A stretch of 64,000 bases of DNA from the NCBI RefSeq assembly GCF_037042905.1, contig NC_087250.1, positions 13,518,001 to 13,582,000 on the forward strand, given 5' to 3'. The DNA comes from Lytechinus pictus (taxonomy: Eukaryota). The notes beneath the pieces are model-generated. The model worked only from the letters and a program-made list of their open reading frames with translations. It had not been told where the DNA came from and searched no databases. Every line of letters begins with the position of its first letter. Position 1 is the first letter of the stretch. This document shows positions 28,301 through 38,936 of this stretch, one piece after another. The position numbers and the translations under genes were made by a program.

Positions 28301-31300
28301 ACCGGTAAAAATTGCTGTCGGGCCAGTAACTTTTCAGAAATAGCTGGTTACTGGTCCAACATAACCAGTAAACAATATATCACAATGATACAGTGATATT
28401 TTCTTCTCTTTTATAAATTATAAAAATGGCTCTTGCATCCCCCAAAATGGCTCTGGCATCCCTAAAAATGGCTCTCTTTAAAAATTGAGAAATGGCTCTG
28501 ATGAATTATGTTGTATGTGTGTGTGGACCGTTTTTTTTGGGGGGGGGGGGGGATAACAATAAGCAATAAAAGACAGCAAAACAAGCTCCGGTCTTTTTTT
28601 ATGTTTTTCTGTATTTTGAGAGACCAGTAAAGTTTAGGCTTGGACAAGTAAACTGGGTATCTACTGGTCCAATATTATCAGGTCGGACCAGTAGAAAAAA
28701 AGGGTTAGTGTGGAGCCCTGGTGTGGGTCAATACGCCCTCACACTATCATAGCTGTAAGGCTCCCACTCATTCTAGATTTCTAGATCACCTCACTGAATT
28801 CAACTATGTTGTATTGTAAACCTGTAAACTGTGGCATTACATCCACTGAGGTGACGTGACGTCACTCGCTGCTTATAAGTTGTGTAATCGGGAAGTTTCC
28901 TTGAGGTATGCACTAGGGTGTAGGCGTTGATTGCATGAAACGCTTGCTGTATTTTTCACAGATTTTTCTATAATTATGTAGACGGATCAGAGCTGCAGCA
29001 AGCATTGTGCATTAATCATTAAACATGGATGCAGACTCTTAACGGTGAATCTACATCTATAGACTATATTGCCTACTCTATCTTAATAAATAACATTTCA
29101 ACTTCGCTTTGAAACTATATTTTTCCCTCAGCTCTGCATGCTTCAGGCAAAATACAACCCCTTGGGAACACCATAGGGGAAATGAAATGTTACATGTATT
29201 CAAACTCTAAGAAGGCAGTATCTGTATTTCTGTATACTTACAGATTCGTCATCGCTACCGCTACCGTCACTTCCTGATTTGCATGCACCGGCTCCTGGTT
29301 TCTTTGGTTCCTGAAAGTCAGCCATAGAGTCATTACTACTTTCATCCTCTGTCATTGTCTCCATTGGTTCATCATCATCTCCATCCTGATTGGCTGACGC
29401 TCCATGCATATCATTAGCTTCTGGCCTCTGGTTGGTTGCTGTGCTTTGAGGGTCAGTGCTATTTGATAGCTGCACTCCATCATTATTTGAACTTTGACCT
29501 CTAAGAGCATCGGAGGAGCTCTGACCTTGAGGAACATCAGATAACCTTTGACCCCCATCAACAATGGATGAGGATCTATTACCATCTCTCTCCAAAGTTC
29601 CTTGAGAAGCTGAAGCTATTCGTGTCTGTGATTGGTCAGAAGTTCTTGGCTCATTTGCATGTGCATTTGAGCTGGCAGCTGATTGGCTAGTTCTGAAAGT
29701 TTGCAGGCCACTGGGCCCAGGAATATCTACATCAGGCACTCTGTCTTGTCTGGATTCAACTGGATTTAACCGGCTCTCACTTCTCTGGTGAGGAAGCATC
29801 AGAAGTGATTCGCTGTCTGATTGCGACCCTTGACCTTGATCTTGAGTAGGGTCAGCGGGATGGGATGAATCACGTCCCTCTTCCTGCCCAAGTCTTGTCG
29901 GTGATAAACCTCCCTCTTGTTCCTGCATGGGTAACAAATAATATAAGAGGACCGCTTTCACAAAGATAATGCACGTACAGTGTAAACATATGTTAACCAA
30001 TGGGGGATCAGAGATTTCATAAATGAGGGAGTACAAACAGCATTTCAGAATTCCTTGACAAGCAACAACAACAAAAATCATATTTTCCTTCACAAAAAAG
30101 GCAAAATCTGCTTGTTGTTCCCAAAATTCTGACAACATTTAAAGGCACTGATGAAAGGGGTGAGACAATGCCAATTTTGGCAAGAACCATTACATGTACC
30201 TCTAAAATTTGTCAAATTTGAGTCAAGAGAAATCTCAGAAAATGGCTATAACAGAACCAGAAGATTTGTTTTCACACAGAAATGTGTGTCTTTGATGTAG
30301 TTTATTCCACAGAATATATATTAGCATATATGTCCAACCTTGGCCCTAGTAGAGTACCTTTCAAAAAAAAATCAGTGATTACCGTACTGTGATTGTGAAC
30401 CATTAGACTTAGAGATTGACAAGGCTCTACATACATGTACAGTTGAGGCCAGAAATTTACATACACTCAGAAAATTTCAAAGAAAAGTTGACACTTGCCA
30501 AACATAAAATGACTTTATCTTATAAAATATTTGTGCTATCATGACGAATTTGAATTGAACAAATGAGTATGTCATGCCCCTTCATTGCACTGCTTTGTCA
30601 TCAGGAGCTGAATAATATTTAGGTGTCATTTTTTCCCCGAAATTTTTCATATTTTAGACAAATTAGAAATAAAAACTTGATAAAAACATTTCATATTTGT
30701 GCTTCTAACTTCTCAACACAAACTTTTTTGTTCAGTGGTGACAGATAGAAAATGTAATATCAAGCATATATTTGACATTTATATATTTCTATGAAACAAT
30801 GTTTGAAAATATAATAATAGAATACATTTGGCATGAATATTACTTTTTTTCTTCAAAGGAAATTTCACTTAAAATATACTTAAATCCCAACAGCATCCCA
30901 ATCATGTGAAAGAGCTTAATACGCTCTTTCATTTGATACGAAATTCGTCATGGCAGTATTTATATTTTTGAAGATAGTAAAGTTTACGATGTTTGGCAAG
31001 CGAACAAATTTCACTGAATTCCATGTCAAAATCTGCAACATTGGATAAGCTTCATCAGATGAATGGGTTTTTTTTTTTTAGTTTCTCTTTTAAGCATTTC
31101 AAGGGCAACTCCACATCACCTACTGGCCAGCTCCGGTGTAATTCTTTCCCTGCTTTGCAAGGAGTGCCATTTTTGCGTCCCCCCCTTCTCTCTCTCTTTC
31201 TCTCTTAATTCACTCTCTCCGTATATTTTTTTTTCTTTCAATATTGAAAATGTTATGCAAACCTGATGGTGTTCATGATCCTGTGATATTTCTGTAGCAT

Positions 31301-31379
31301 CTGAATCATATAGATCTTGATCACTTTCGATGAGGATGGTCGAACCATTATCATCTTCATCAGAATCACCGTGATCCAT
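10243..31379 (-). CDS. RFWD3: E3 ubiquitin ligase RFWD3, whole spliced CDS: join(31263-31379, 29242-29922, 26993-27081, 25917-26054, 23858-23998, 22659-22752, 20415-20516, 17260-17420, 16134-16337, 15166-15260, 12370-12461, 10880-11059, 10243-10398); 2250 nt, 749 aa
   Basis: Manual splicing gives GT-AG at all 12 introns with consistent phases. RING ([44 protein letters not shown]), coiled coil, and WD40 region ([55 protein letters not shown]) match RFWD3 as I recall it. Confidence 0.96.
10713..10847 (-). pseudogene. Decayed copy of RFWD3 coding exon 12 with intact donor
   Basis: acttactgataatgtagcctcatctcaagcacattcaattaattt... aligns to acttactgatgatgtggcctcatctccggcacatgcaattaattt... (10874 onward) with indels. 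Confidence 0.9.
10880..11059 (-). CDS. RFWD3: RFWD3 coding exon 12
   Basis: MCEMKRQ...[43 protein letters not shown]; atag acceptor, gtaagt donor. Confidence 0.95.
12370..12461 (-). CDS. RFWD3: RFWD3 coding exon 11
   Basis: [31 protein letters not shown]; aacag acceptor, gtaagt donor. Confidence 0.95.
13503..13910. mobile_element. hAT-like MITE; second copy at ~28262-28720
   Basis: Both share caccggtccgacggtcc...gaccagtagaaaaaaagggttagtgtggagccctg. Confidence 0.75.
14030..15165 (-). repeat. Minisatellite of 9 ~120-bp units, each the 3' half of RFWD3 exon 10 plus splice donor plus intron start
   Basis: ggcttaccttcaagctgtagtttatgaatcctatactcttcacatgataact at ~14085, 14203, 14324, 14445, 14566, 14691, 14812, 14933, 15058; matches exon 15166-15220. 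Confidence 0.96.
15166..15260 (-). CDS. RFWD3: RFWD3 coding exon 10
   Basis: [31 protein letters not shown]; gtttag acceptor, gtaagc donor. Confidence 0.95.
16134..16337 (-). CDS. RFWD3: RFWD3 coding exon 9 (WD40)
   Basis: [35 protein letters not shown]...[11 protein letters not shown]; ccag acceptor, gtaagt donor. Confidence 0.96.
17260..17420 (-). CDS. RFWD3: RFWD3 coding exon 8 (WD40)
   Basis: [53 protein letters not shown]; tttcag acceptor, gtaagt donor. Confidence 0.96.
17417..17799 (+). repeat. ~150-bp direct repeat of the exon 8 acceptor and intron end
   Basis: 17417-17572 aligns with 17646-17799 (ttatctgaaaataa...tgacattcaattaag). Confidence 0.9.
17915..17997 (-). pseudogene. Decayed copy of the 5' part of RFWD3 coding exon 8 with acceptor
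   Basis: ttcag|[11 protein letters not shown] versus real tttcag|[11 protein letters not shown], followed by indels and a stop. Confidence 0.8.
18224..18529. mobile_element. PIF/Harbinger-like MITE, same family as 7037-7325
   Basis: TIR ggcccgtattctgaagtc, 3-bp TSD TCA. Confidence 0.9.
18715..18920 (-). mobile_element. SINE with Deu-domain-like core
   Basis: Minus strand ggttcgagccctgg (B box) followed by gtctttcggatggtgacgttaaaggtcggtccc. Confidence 0.6.
19344..20027 (+). repeat. Near-identical tandem duplication, two ~340-bp units
   Basis: agggttaagattgatcccatcgctaaaatctagc... at 19352 and 19695. Confidence 0.95.
20088..20385 (+). mobile_element. tRNA-derived SINE; relatives at ~27240-27560(+), 34890-35185(+), 13080-13295(-), 19020-19190(-)
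   Basis: A box ggtgtagcggtt, B box gttcaaatcc, core ccttggcaaggc...cacccaggtg...gggtaccgg, (att)n tail. Confidence 0.82.
20415..20516 (-). CDS. RFWD3: RFWD3 coding exon 7
   Basis: [34 protein letters not shown]; aatag acceptor, gtaaat donor. Confidence 0.94.
20564..21328. mobile_element. piggyBac-like MITE; fragment at ~19198-19358
   Basis: TTAA|ccctaaaaagactggg ... cccagtctatttaggg|TTAA. Confidence 0.88.
22242..22386. mobile_element. Small MITE
   Basis: TIR gggcccgttgcagaaagagttgc / gcaactctttctgcaacgggccc. Confidence 0.85.
22390..22652 (+). repeat. Degenerate short tandem repeat (catgtgactgatcatgtgatat motif)
   Basis: Repeated atcatgtga core abutting the exon 6 donor. Confidence 0.8.
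22659..22752 (-). CDS. RFWD3: RFWD3 coding exon 6, linker and start of WD40 region
   Basis: [31 protein letters not shown]; tgcag acceptor, gtatgt donor; phase 2 to 0 fits neighbours. Confidence 0.88.
23858..23998 (-). CDS. RFWD3: RFWD3 coding exon 5, coiled coil
   Basis: [23 protein letters not shown]...; atag acceptor, gtgagt donor. Confidence 0.93.
25227..25825. mobile_element. TTAA-targeting (Kolobok-like) MITE
   Basis: TTAA|aggacaagtccacc...ggtggacttgacct|TTAA; same family as 55150-55752. Confidence 0.88.
25917..26054 (-). CDS. RFWD3: RFWD3 coding exon 4, RING second half
   Basis: [45 protein letters not shown]; tttcag acceptor, gtaagt donor. Confidence 0.96.
26113..26360 (+). mobile_element. 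tRNA-derived SINE (Nin-domain-like); older relative at ~12853-13060
   Basis: tggctcgattggtagagcg A box, gttcaaaccc B box, then ccaaaagacgttaaaagatgggagttgctgctaccctg. Confidence 0.8.
26993..27081 (-). CDS. RFWD3: RFWD3 coding exon 3, RING first half
   Basis: [29 protein letters not shown]; ctag acceptor, gtaagc donor. Confidence 0.96.
29242..29922 (-). CDS. RFWD3: RFWD3 coding exon 2, S/Q/D-rich disordered N-terminal region
   Basis: Inside ORF 29200-30138; acceptor ccatgcag, donor gtaagt; 227 codons, several SQ/TQ motifs. Confidence 0.88.
31263..31379 (-). CDS. RFWD3: RFWD3 coding exon 1 ([10 protein letters not shown]...QDHEHHQ); exon acceptor at 31400
   Basis: Acceptor cttctctttaatacag before 31400, ATG at 31379, donor CAG|gtttgc; phase 0 joins the next exon. 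Confidence 0.75.
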
Positions 31380-32219
31380 TGGTCATCAATCAATCATAAC
31401 CTGTATTAAAGAGAAGATCAAATGTAAAATTAAACGGATGCACATGCACAAGAAACAAAGTCTTTGGTTCGTTCTGCACGACATTAAGATGGGGAATTCC
31501 CTTTGTCTTTCGAGCTCTGCAAAAAAACAATTATTTTGGGGGCTTCCTTTAACTTAGTCTTAGAAGTTAGGCTCTAGCACTCATTCAATGAACAAGGTTA
31601 TGGCCATATGGGCTCTACTCTGTACTAGATCTACCCAATTAAATCTGCAACATTGGATAAGCTTTATAATTAAATTAAGTTTAAGACTGCATCACCACTG
31701 GCACTGTCATGACCAGTAGAGGCGCACGGCCAATATGGGAGACTCTCTCCAATAGGGGAGACAATCTCCCACATTGGAGACTTGCTTTGCAAAAGGACAA
31801 AAGAAACAACACCAACAAAAGCATGATTTTTTCCACCCAAAATTTTGTCTCACTGGGGTCAGAAGCCCATTTGTTTTGTGTGTGATTGACAACAAAAATC
31901 CTTATCAAAACAAAAGTAGACAGTGAATTTTTAAAGTAGACGGTGTCGGTGAAAAGGGGTAATTTTTCATGAAGAATCTGCTTATCACATTTTTATTTGC
32001 CGCCAAGGTAATCCTTTTGCAGCAAATGTAAACAAAGGAAATTGGACTCCAAAACACTCTAGGCGACACCCCAATACTTACCCGTGCTAATAAACTGGGA
32101 CTCCACTCACGCGCGTTTGGGCCTCCCTAGCTTAGAACTAAGCACTAATATCACCTTAAAAACTAAATCTACAAGGTATGTATAATCTATTTACAACTTT
32201 AATAATGTTTAATCGGTAC

Positions 32220-33800
32220 TCACCGGTTCTTTTGTTGCATTTTCAGACCATTTCTCACAATTCTTCGTAAATATTTGCGGCAAATTTTGTCGCCATAGAC
32301 AGCTTAGCATCCATCTTTATTGATAAATGGAGCGCCCTTTACGATAGTTGTTAATGCCGCGGAGAAATCGTTAGGCATTTTGGCCTGTGTTCAAGGCGTT
32401 CTTTCTGTTTTATTTTTTATATTGAAGATTGTGCATTTGTTGAATAGCGCCGTCTACGTCAGGTATGAGATCGAGTGTATAAATACACTCTTCCAAAATA
32501 ATTATGATTCCGACCTGGCGCTGTTTAACTTCAATCTCTTTCACCTAAATTAGCGATGAATGCTAGCATTATAAAATATATATTATTAACGTCTGACGAA
32601 AAGAATAACCAACCGATCAGCTGACGAGAACGCGAATCACGTGATCTTCATATCAGCTTCGATCGCGAGTCAGAAGAGAAGAGCAGCTGCCCAGAAAATC
32701 AGGAAAAAGCCGTGAAAATGTAAGTTCCCCTTCATTTCTTTCATTTTTTTTTTTTTGCTAACGATGCATTTACACTATAAAATTATAATTTAAATAAGAG
32801 AAAGGAATATAGCTTGTACTTGTGATATAATAATATAAATATCCTGTTCTCAGAGATTTCTAACCAAAAATACTACTGATGTCGCCTATGAGGTCCATAC
32901 ATGTAATGTTGGACCTCATTGGTACTAGGAGTGCTCCAAAACTGGAGACTGTCTCTAAAAATTGGATAGGCCTACCAAAATTCTTTACAAAAGTCTCTGA
33001 TATTGGAGATAATCTGCCACATTACTCATTAGAGATAGTCTCCAATATTGGCCGTGCGCCTCTACTGATGACTGTGGTCCATACGATGGGCGTATGCCTC
33101 TGGAGTCTTGATACTCAGACTCCCACGGCTCCTTCTAGTTCTAAGACTAAGTTCTTGTTTAACTTAAACAAGGACAAAGACAAAGTATAACTTTTCGTTT
33201 CCAGGCCAGGCAGTGCTACTGCCGTACTGCTAGTTTTGAGCATTGCATTTGTCCCCTGTCCCTCTGCATGTTTGGTCTCTCTTACTAGTTGATTGTTCCA
33301 CTGCACTCAGCTCCAATGGCTTAATTTTTTTTTTATTGAAGACTCTTCCAAACAGACGGCTGCCAGCTCTCGAACGTCTCCAGCTCCGCTCCGCGATGGG
33401 GCACCAGCGCCAGCATAGCGCTCGCTAAGCTAGCGCCACTGCCCCCGGCCCGGCCTGGGAGAGGAAGCCAAAGGCGAGGTCAGTGCCAGACGGGCCAGAG
33501 CCGAAGCAGGGCACTGGCAGAGACAGAGTGCCGAGACAAAGTCAAAATCAGACCATCATTCAAAATTAAGATTTCAAATTGGTTTTATGTTTCAACACCA
33601 GCTTCAAAATACTTCCGTATCAAAAACACACTGTGCCTAATTCACATATGTATTCACTTTTTAAGATAAAAAAATAGTAATAATCTAACTTACTGTAATC
33701 CTAAATTAACACGAAATGATGCAGAGAAGATGCGATTTCATAATCAGGCGCGCGCTCGATAATAGAGGGCGCGCGCAGTGCTTCCACTTTTCAAAACGAA
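32220..33800. promoter_or_regulatory. CpG-enriched candidate promoter region, possibly multiple or bidirectional TSSs
   Basis: Raised CpG; palindromic E-box ATCACGTGAT 32636-32645; GC-rich tract 33350-33540; GCGCGC tracts 33747-33776; isolated donors at 32223(-), 32720(+), 33693(-). Confidence 0.45.
32224..32320 (-). other. Candidate non-coding first exon of RFWD3
   Basis: Strong donor CCG|gtgagt at 32223 in a CpG-containing region upstream of the 31400 acceptor; 5' end approximate. Confidence 0.5.
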
Positions 33801-35425
33801 ACTCACAGTGGAATTTTATAATTTACTAAATATCCTGTAATTTTACAAATGGGCCCCAGTCTTCCATAAGATGTTATGTCAGTGGCAGCATCGAGATTTT
33901 AAACTAGGGGGGGACAAAGGCAGACATGATTTTTTTTTGTCTGTGATGTTCCCAAAATCGAGCGCGAAGCGCGAGTTAAAATTTCAAAATCATAGTCCCT
34001 ACTGACTTGAAAAGGGACCTGACCGATTGAGATTATAGGTATCTCCCCAAATAAGTAATGCGAGCGTGAAGCGCGAGCTGAATATCGTGAGATGATAAAT
34101 ATATCGGGAAGGTCAGTCAGAGAGCATATAACATTCTAGACAAGGTCATTATGCTGATCATATATTCAGGAAGTGTCGATCAATATAACCAGTCACCGAC
34201 AGGAAAAAGTGATCACTGCAGCCTCCTTGTTGATGTTTCATCTTCGAGATAGGCTGCAGAGCCCTTTGAAGATTAAAGCAGATGATGAAACTTTAATCAC
34301 TTTTTTATATAGGAAGGGTACTATAGTTATTGATGCGAGGCGTAGCGCGAGAGTTTTTTTAAAAATATTTTTTTAATTTTTATCACTTTTTTGTAAGCAG
34401 GATGCGTATCTCACTAAAACAAATAATGAAAACTTGAATCACATGAAGAATAATTTGTGCATATTGCGCTTAAACACTGGCCTTTTTAGCCCCTTTGTTA
34501 TCCAATTAAACAGATTTTATTAACCAATGCACCGCCACTGCGTGCACGAAGCGCCAGCTAAATTTTGAATGTTGTATGACTCGAAAGATTTGTGCTAACA
34601 GTGACTGCATGGATGAGAAAATTTGTAAAATTTTATGAGTGAAAATGTTGTATTGAGGTATGCCTACTTTAAAACAGCTTGAGTAGGATGCTTATTCAGC
34701 TTAATTCAGTTATATTTTTTTAAGTTTTCAAAAAATTTCAAAATTATTGCTGCCTCCACTGTGTTATGTTTCTCTTCCATACGCATAAAAAATATTATAA
34801 ATATATGCAACTGCCAGTACAAGTCCTCAGCAACACGTAGGCCTACGTTACACAATCATGAATTACACAAGTCTTCAATAGGCCTACTGTGGGCGTCGTA
34901 TTCTAGTGGTTACGACACTCGACTTATAAGGATGTGTGGCCTGACGAGTGGGTTCGAATCCCAGCCTGTGGCGTGTTTTCCTTTAGCAAGAAATTTACCC
35001 AGCACATTGTGCTGCACTCGACCCAGGTGAGGTGAATGGGTACCCGGTAGGATTTATTCCTAACTTGAATGCTTTAGCGCCTATATAGGCCCGTGGCGGC
35101 TCAGCTACTGTACAGCCGGGGTCATAATATACCAAGAATCAAGATCAGTATATGCAATTATAATAGCTGCGCTATATAAATGGACCATTATATTGTCTAC
35201 TATAGCTGACTGCCCTATCAGCAACCCACATAAGAAGCCAATTTATAGTCGATCCTTAGCTTTATCTTTTTTAAGTAAAACATGCATAATACATTAATAT
35301 TATATTACGATACGGATGATGATGATCATCATTATAGTGATAATAATAATAATTGTAGTAATGATGATTATCACGGTGATCTTAATCATATTTGGGTGTT
35401 TCCATAATTAAGGGACTCATCCATA

Positions 35426-36003
35426 CCCGGGGGGGGGGGGCCACTTCCATTGACGAGTGGATACCATGCGCGACCATGGGGTCTCGAAAAGCACACTAAA
35501 CACGTATTTTCCAAATTCTGAAAATGCACCCCTTAACAAGTATTGGCGTCTGAAACCCTACCCTTAACAAGTATTGGAAACAAAACGATACTCTTGGCAA
35601 GTATTCCCTGAAATGAATCCCTAAACAAGTATACAGCGATATTTGATTGTTATGTCACGAGTCCATCGGTCGTCGGTTTTACCTTTACAGTTTACACACC
35701 ATTTGGTTTAGTACGGCCCCAGCTTCCACACCTCGCGCAAATCGGACTCTAAACACGTAGTGTTGGGGCAAAAAGGACATCCTTTATAAAACATTTTAAT
35801 TTTGTTTTATCATTCCCCCAAATATGACCTTAAACACGTAGCTTTCCTAGCGAAATAGATACCCTTTTTTCATTATTTTTGTGTTTTTGACACCCTTATC
35901 ACGTTACGTACGTAACGTACCCTATCTTGAAAAAGACATCCTTTTTACGTGTTTTTTTGGTCGCGCATGGTATCCACTCGTCAATGTAAGTGGCCCCCCC
36001 GGG
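35426..36003. mobile_element. MITE with CCCGGG(G)n termini and 8-bp TSD
   Basis: TIR cccggg..ggccactt(c/a)cattgacgagtggataccatgcgcgacca; TSD CATCCATA on both sides. Confidence 0.9.
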
Positions 36004-36811
36004 CATCCATATGGGTATCGATCACGATCGAGGAGTGCATGGGGTTAGTACTCCCCTATAAGGCTTCAGGTGGGGGGTGGCATGTGTTCTCATCCCCCCA
36101 TAAAAAAAAAATTGCGGTCGAACATAATTATGCATAATATATTGCTGTACAAAAAAAAACCATTTAGGGGTGGTTTTTTTCAGTTTTAGACGTGGGCCAT
36201 GCGTGCACTCGTTACGGGTATCAAAAACACCGATTTTTTTTAAAGGTGGTTTTGAAAGACTTGTCAATAATCAATCGCGTCAAACGTATTTAAGGTATTT
36301 TCCAAAGCTACGTTTTTTTTTAGACTAGCCAAACGTGTTTAGGGTATGTTTTTCCCCAAGCTTTTTCCCCCGCTTTTCCCCGGGTCTTTTTCCTCCTCGT
36401 TTCTGAAAAGTGTTCGTGACGGTCTTCCCGGGACACGGGAAAACGGTCATGAAATTTGTCACCTCTCTGTCCACGCGGCAATTTGTTTTATAACTAGGGG
36501 CCAAAATAAAATCCCGCGAAAAACTTGATTAGGGGGTTAACTTGCACACAGAGAAAAAAAACTCGTTTAGGAGGTGTTTGGAAATAATTTGGTCACGCAG
36601 GTGTACAGCAATACATTTGACTGCCACCCCCCCCCCCCCGGGCGAACATCATAATGATTACTATGAATCATATTACAAGTATATATGATCGTGATACAAG
36701 GAATACAATACTGACGGAGCGTAATGGTAATATCGATCGTCGTATAATACGCATGATACGACCTTCATTTTGTTTTTTTTTCTCTCTAAAATTTCCTATG
36801 TAGGCCTATAT

Positions 36812-37230
36812 TCAATTCAATTCTTTTATTTCATTTCCATTCAAAACATAATACAAAGTAATATAAAGTAATACAAATCAAGTACAATTTTACAGAAGGG
36901 CATTCTTACTTCGTAAAAAAACACAGAAAAAACAGTATAATATAGAGCATAAATGGAAATGAGGGGATCCACTAAAAAGCAAAGCTTGTAAAGTGTGGAT
37001 TCCCCTTGGAAATGAAGAAAGTATAGTAGACTTATTCTTATATGCGTACATATATGTATTACAGGAAATAAAAAGAGAACAAAAGAAATCATACGGATGC
37101 AAATATGATTACTGAACAAATGCAAAGCTTTTCACACAATATTGTAATTGAATGAAACAATTCCTTTGAAATATAGTTTTAGAAACAGATAGGCCTCGAG
37201 GGGAAAATATCCAGGATGAAATAGAACTTA
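36812..37230 (-). mobile_element. CR1-type LINE 3' UTR and tail fragment
   Basis: (ttcaa)n tail and aaaaagcaaagcttgta motif shared with the LINE 3' end at ~46990. Confidence 0.55.
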
Positions 37231-37232
37231 GC

Positions 37233-37667
37233 GGCCCGAATTCACAAAGGTGGTTTTGAAAACCCACGGTTGAGTCCATGGTTTATGTAGATTTCCTGTA
37301 TAAATTACGCTTAATTTAGCGCGTATCTGGCGCGTGTATAAAAAATGTCCAATTCCGATGCGCGCTTTTGTCACAGTGCGCCAAATTGACGCCTGTTACC
37401 ATGGTTAGATACGCTATTTTATTCATGAGTCCACTGTTTTTATTCATGAGTCCACTCTTCAAACAGTGGACTCATGAATAAAATAGCGTATCTAACCATG
37501 GTAACAGGCGTCAATTTGGCGCACTGTGACAAAAGCGCGCATCGGAATTGGACATTTTTTATACACGCGCCCGATACGCGCTAAATTGAGCGTAATTTAT
37601 ACAGGAAATCTACATAAACCATGGACTCAACCGTGGGTTTTCAAAACCACCTTTGTGAATTCGGGCC
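37233..37667. mobile_element. Palindromic PIF/Harbinger-like MITE
   Basis: ~207-bp near-perfect arms, TSD AGC, same termini as 2315-2584. Confidence 0.93.
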
Positions 37668-37863
37668 AGCATGTTCATGTTTATCTTACCCCTCCCAGCA
37701 GCCAACAACACGAGTTGGGTGTGCCCCTAATAAAAAAAAAATGAAGTGACATAATAATTATGTCACTTCATTTTTTGTTATCATTCTTTATCCCGGTTTA
37801 TGATGTAAAATAAGTCTGAGGAGAACATAGGCCTATAAAAGAAATGACAGTTTAAAAGATTGT

Positions 37864-38333
37864 ATAAATGGGTAATAACGCGGCTGAACTTCCTATAAAT
37901 GGTTCATTTTCAGGAAATAAAAAACAGTTCGCGCTTACATTTGTACGTAGTATCTATAGTCTGGCTGTAGAATAAATCTATAACTCCTATAAGGACCCCC
38001 CGCTGGCGTATAGATGTGAGGCTTAATGGGGACCATGGAAGAAAAGGGTGAAATTGTGTACATATATATGTATATATGTATATAAATATATATATATATA
38101 TTTATATATATATTTATATATATATATATATATATATAAATGGGTAATACCGCTGAACTTCCTAAATGGTTCATTTTCAGGAAATTGAAAAAAAAACAGT
38201 TCGCGCTTACATATAGATACTACGTACAAATGTGAGCGCGAACTGTTTTAATTTCCTGAAAATGAACCATATAGGAAGTTCAGCGTTATTACCCATTTAT
38301 ACATAAATATTATATATATTGAATTGAAAATGA

Positions 38334-38392
<59 letters not shown>
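37864..38392. repeat. (TA)n microsatellites with an embedded ~170-bp palindromic element and a half copy
   Basis: taaatgggtaata..gctgaacttccta at 37865 and 38137, reverse complement at 38271-38298; (TA)n at ~38060-38137 and 38337-38392. Confidence 0.8.
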
Positions 38393-38393
<1 letters not shown>

Positions 38394-38936
38394 GGCATTT
38401 ACTAAATATTTGTAATTACTCTCTCTCTCTCTCTCTCTCTCTGTATATATATGTGTGTGTGTTTTTTTAATATGGCAAAATCTAGTTCATAATTAGATTT
38501 TTGTATTAAAAGGTCTTTAAAAAAAAACTCAAAGAAAACAGGGGGGAAATGGGGCAGTACCCCCCCCCCCCCCCGAAATTATGAAAAATGTTTGTTTTAC
38601 TGAAAATTTTCACAAAAATGAATTAAAAGTGTTTAATAAATCCTTCAATTTCACTTGAGAAAATGCAAAAGCGCCCCAAAGGCAAGCTCGGTCGATACAC
38701 TTCCTAATTGTTTTTGAGGTTCTTCAAATTTTTACGCGTCTTGCCCCCCCCCCCCCCCAAACAAATTCTGAGTATGGCCATGGCGAGTTCCCGGCCACCC
38801 CAACCAACCATGAACACCGATCGTCACCCATATGGTCCCCGCATAACAATCAAAGAAATTGTCAGGTGGTATGTTTACTTATATACAGAACCGAGATGGC
38901 AGGTATTATATGCTGGCCCTATTAATTGGCTACACT

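Noticed and set aside
29923..30138. Hydrophobic N-terminus of the 312-aa ORF as a signal or TM segment
   Set aside because: Intronic, upstream of the acceptor at 29922; composition changes sharply there
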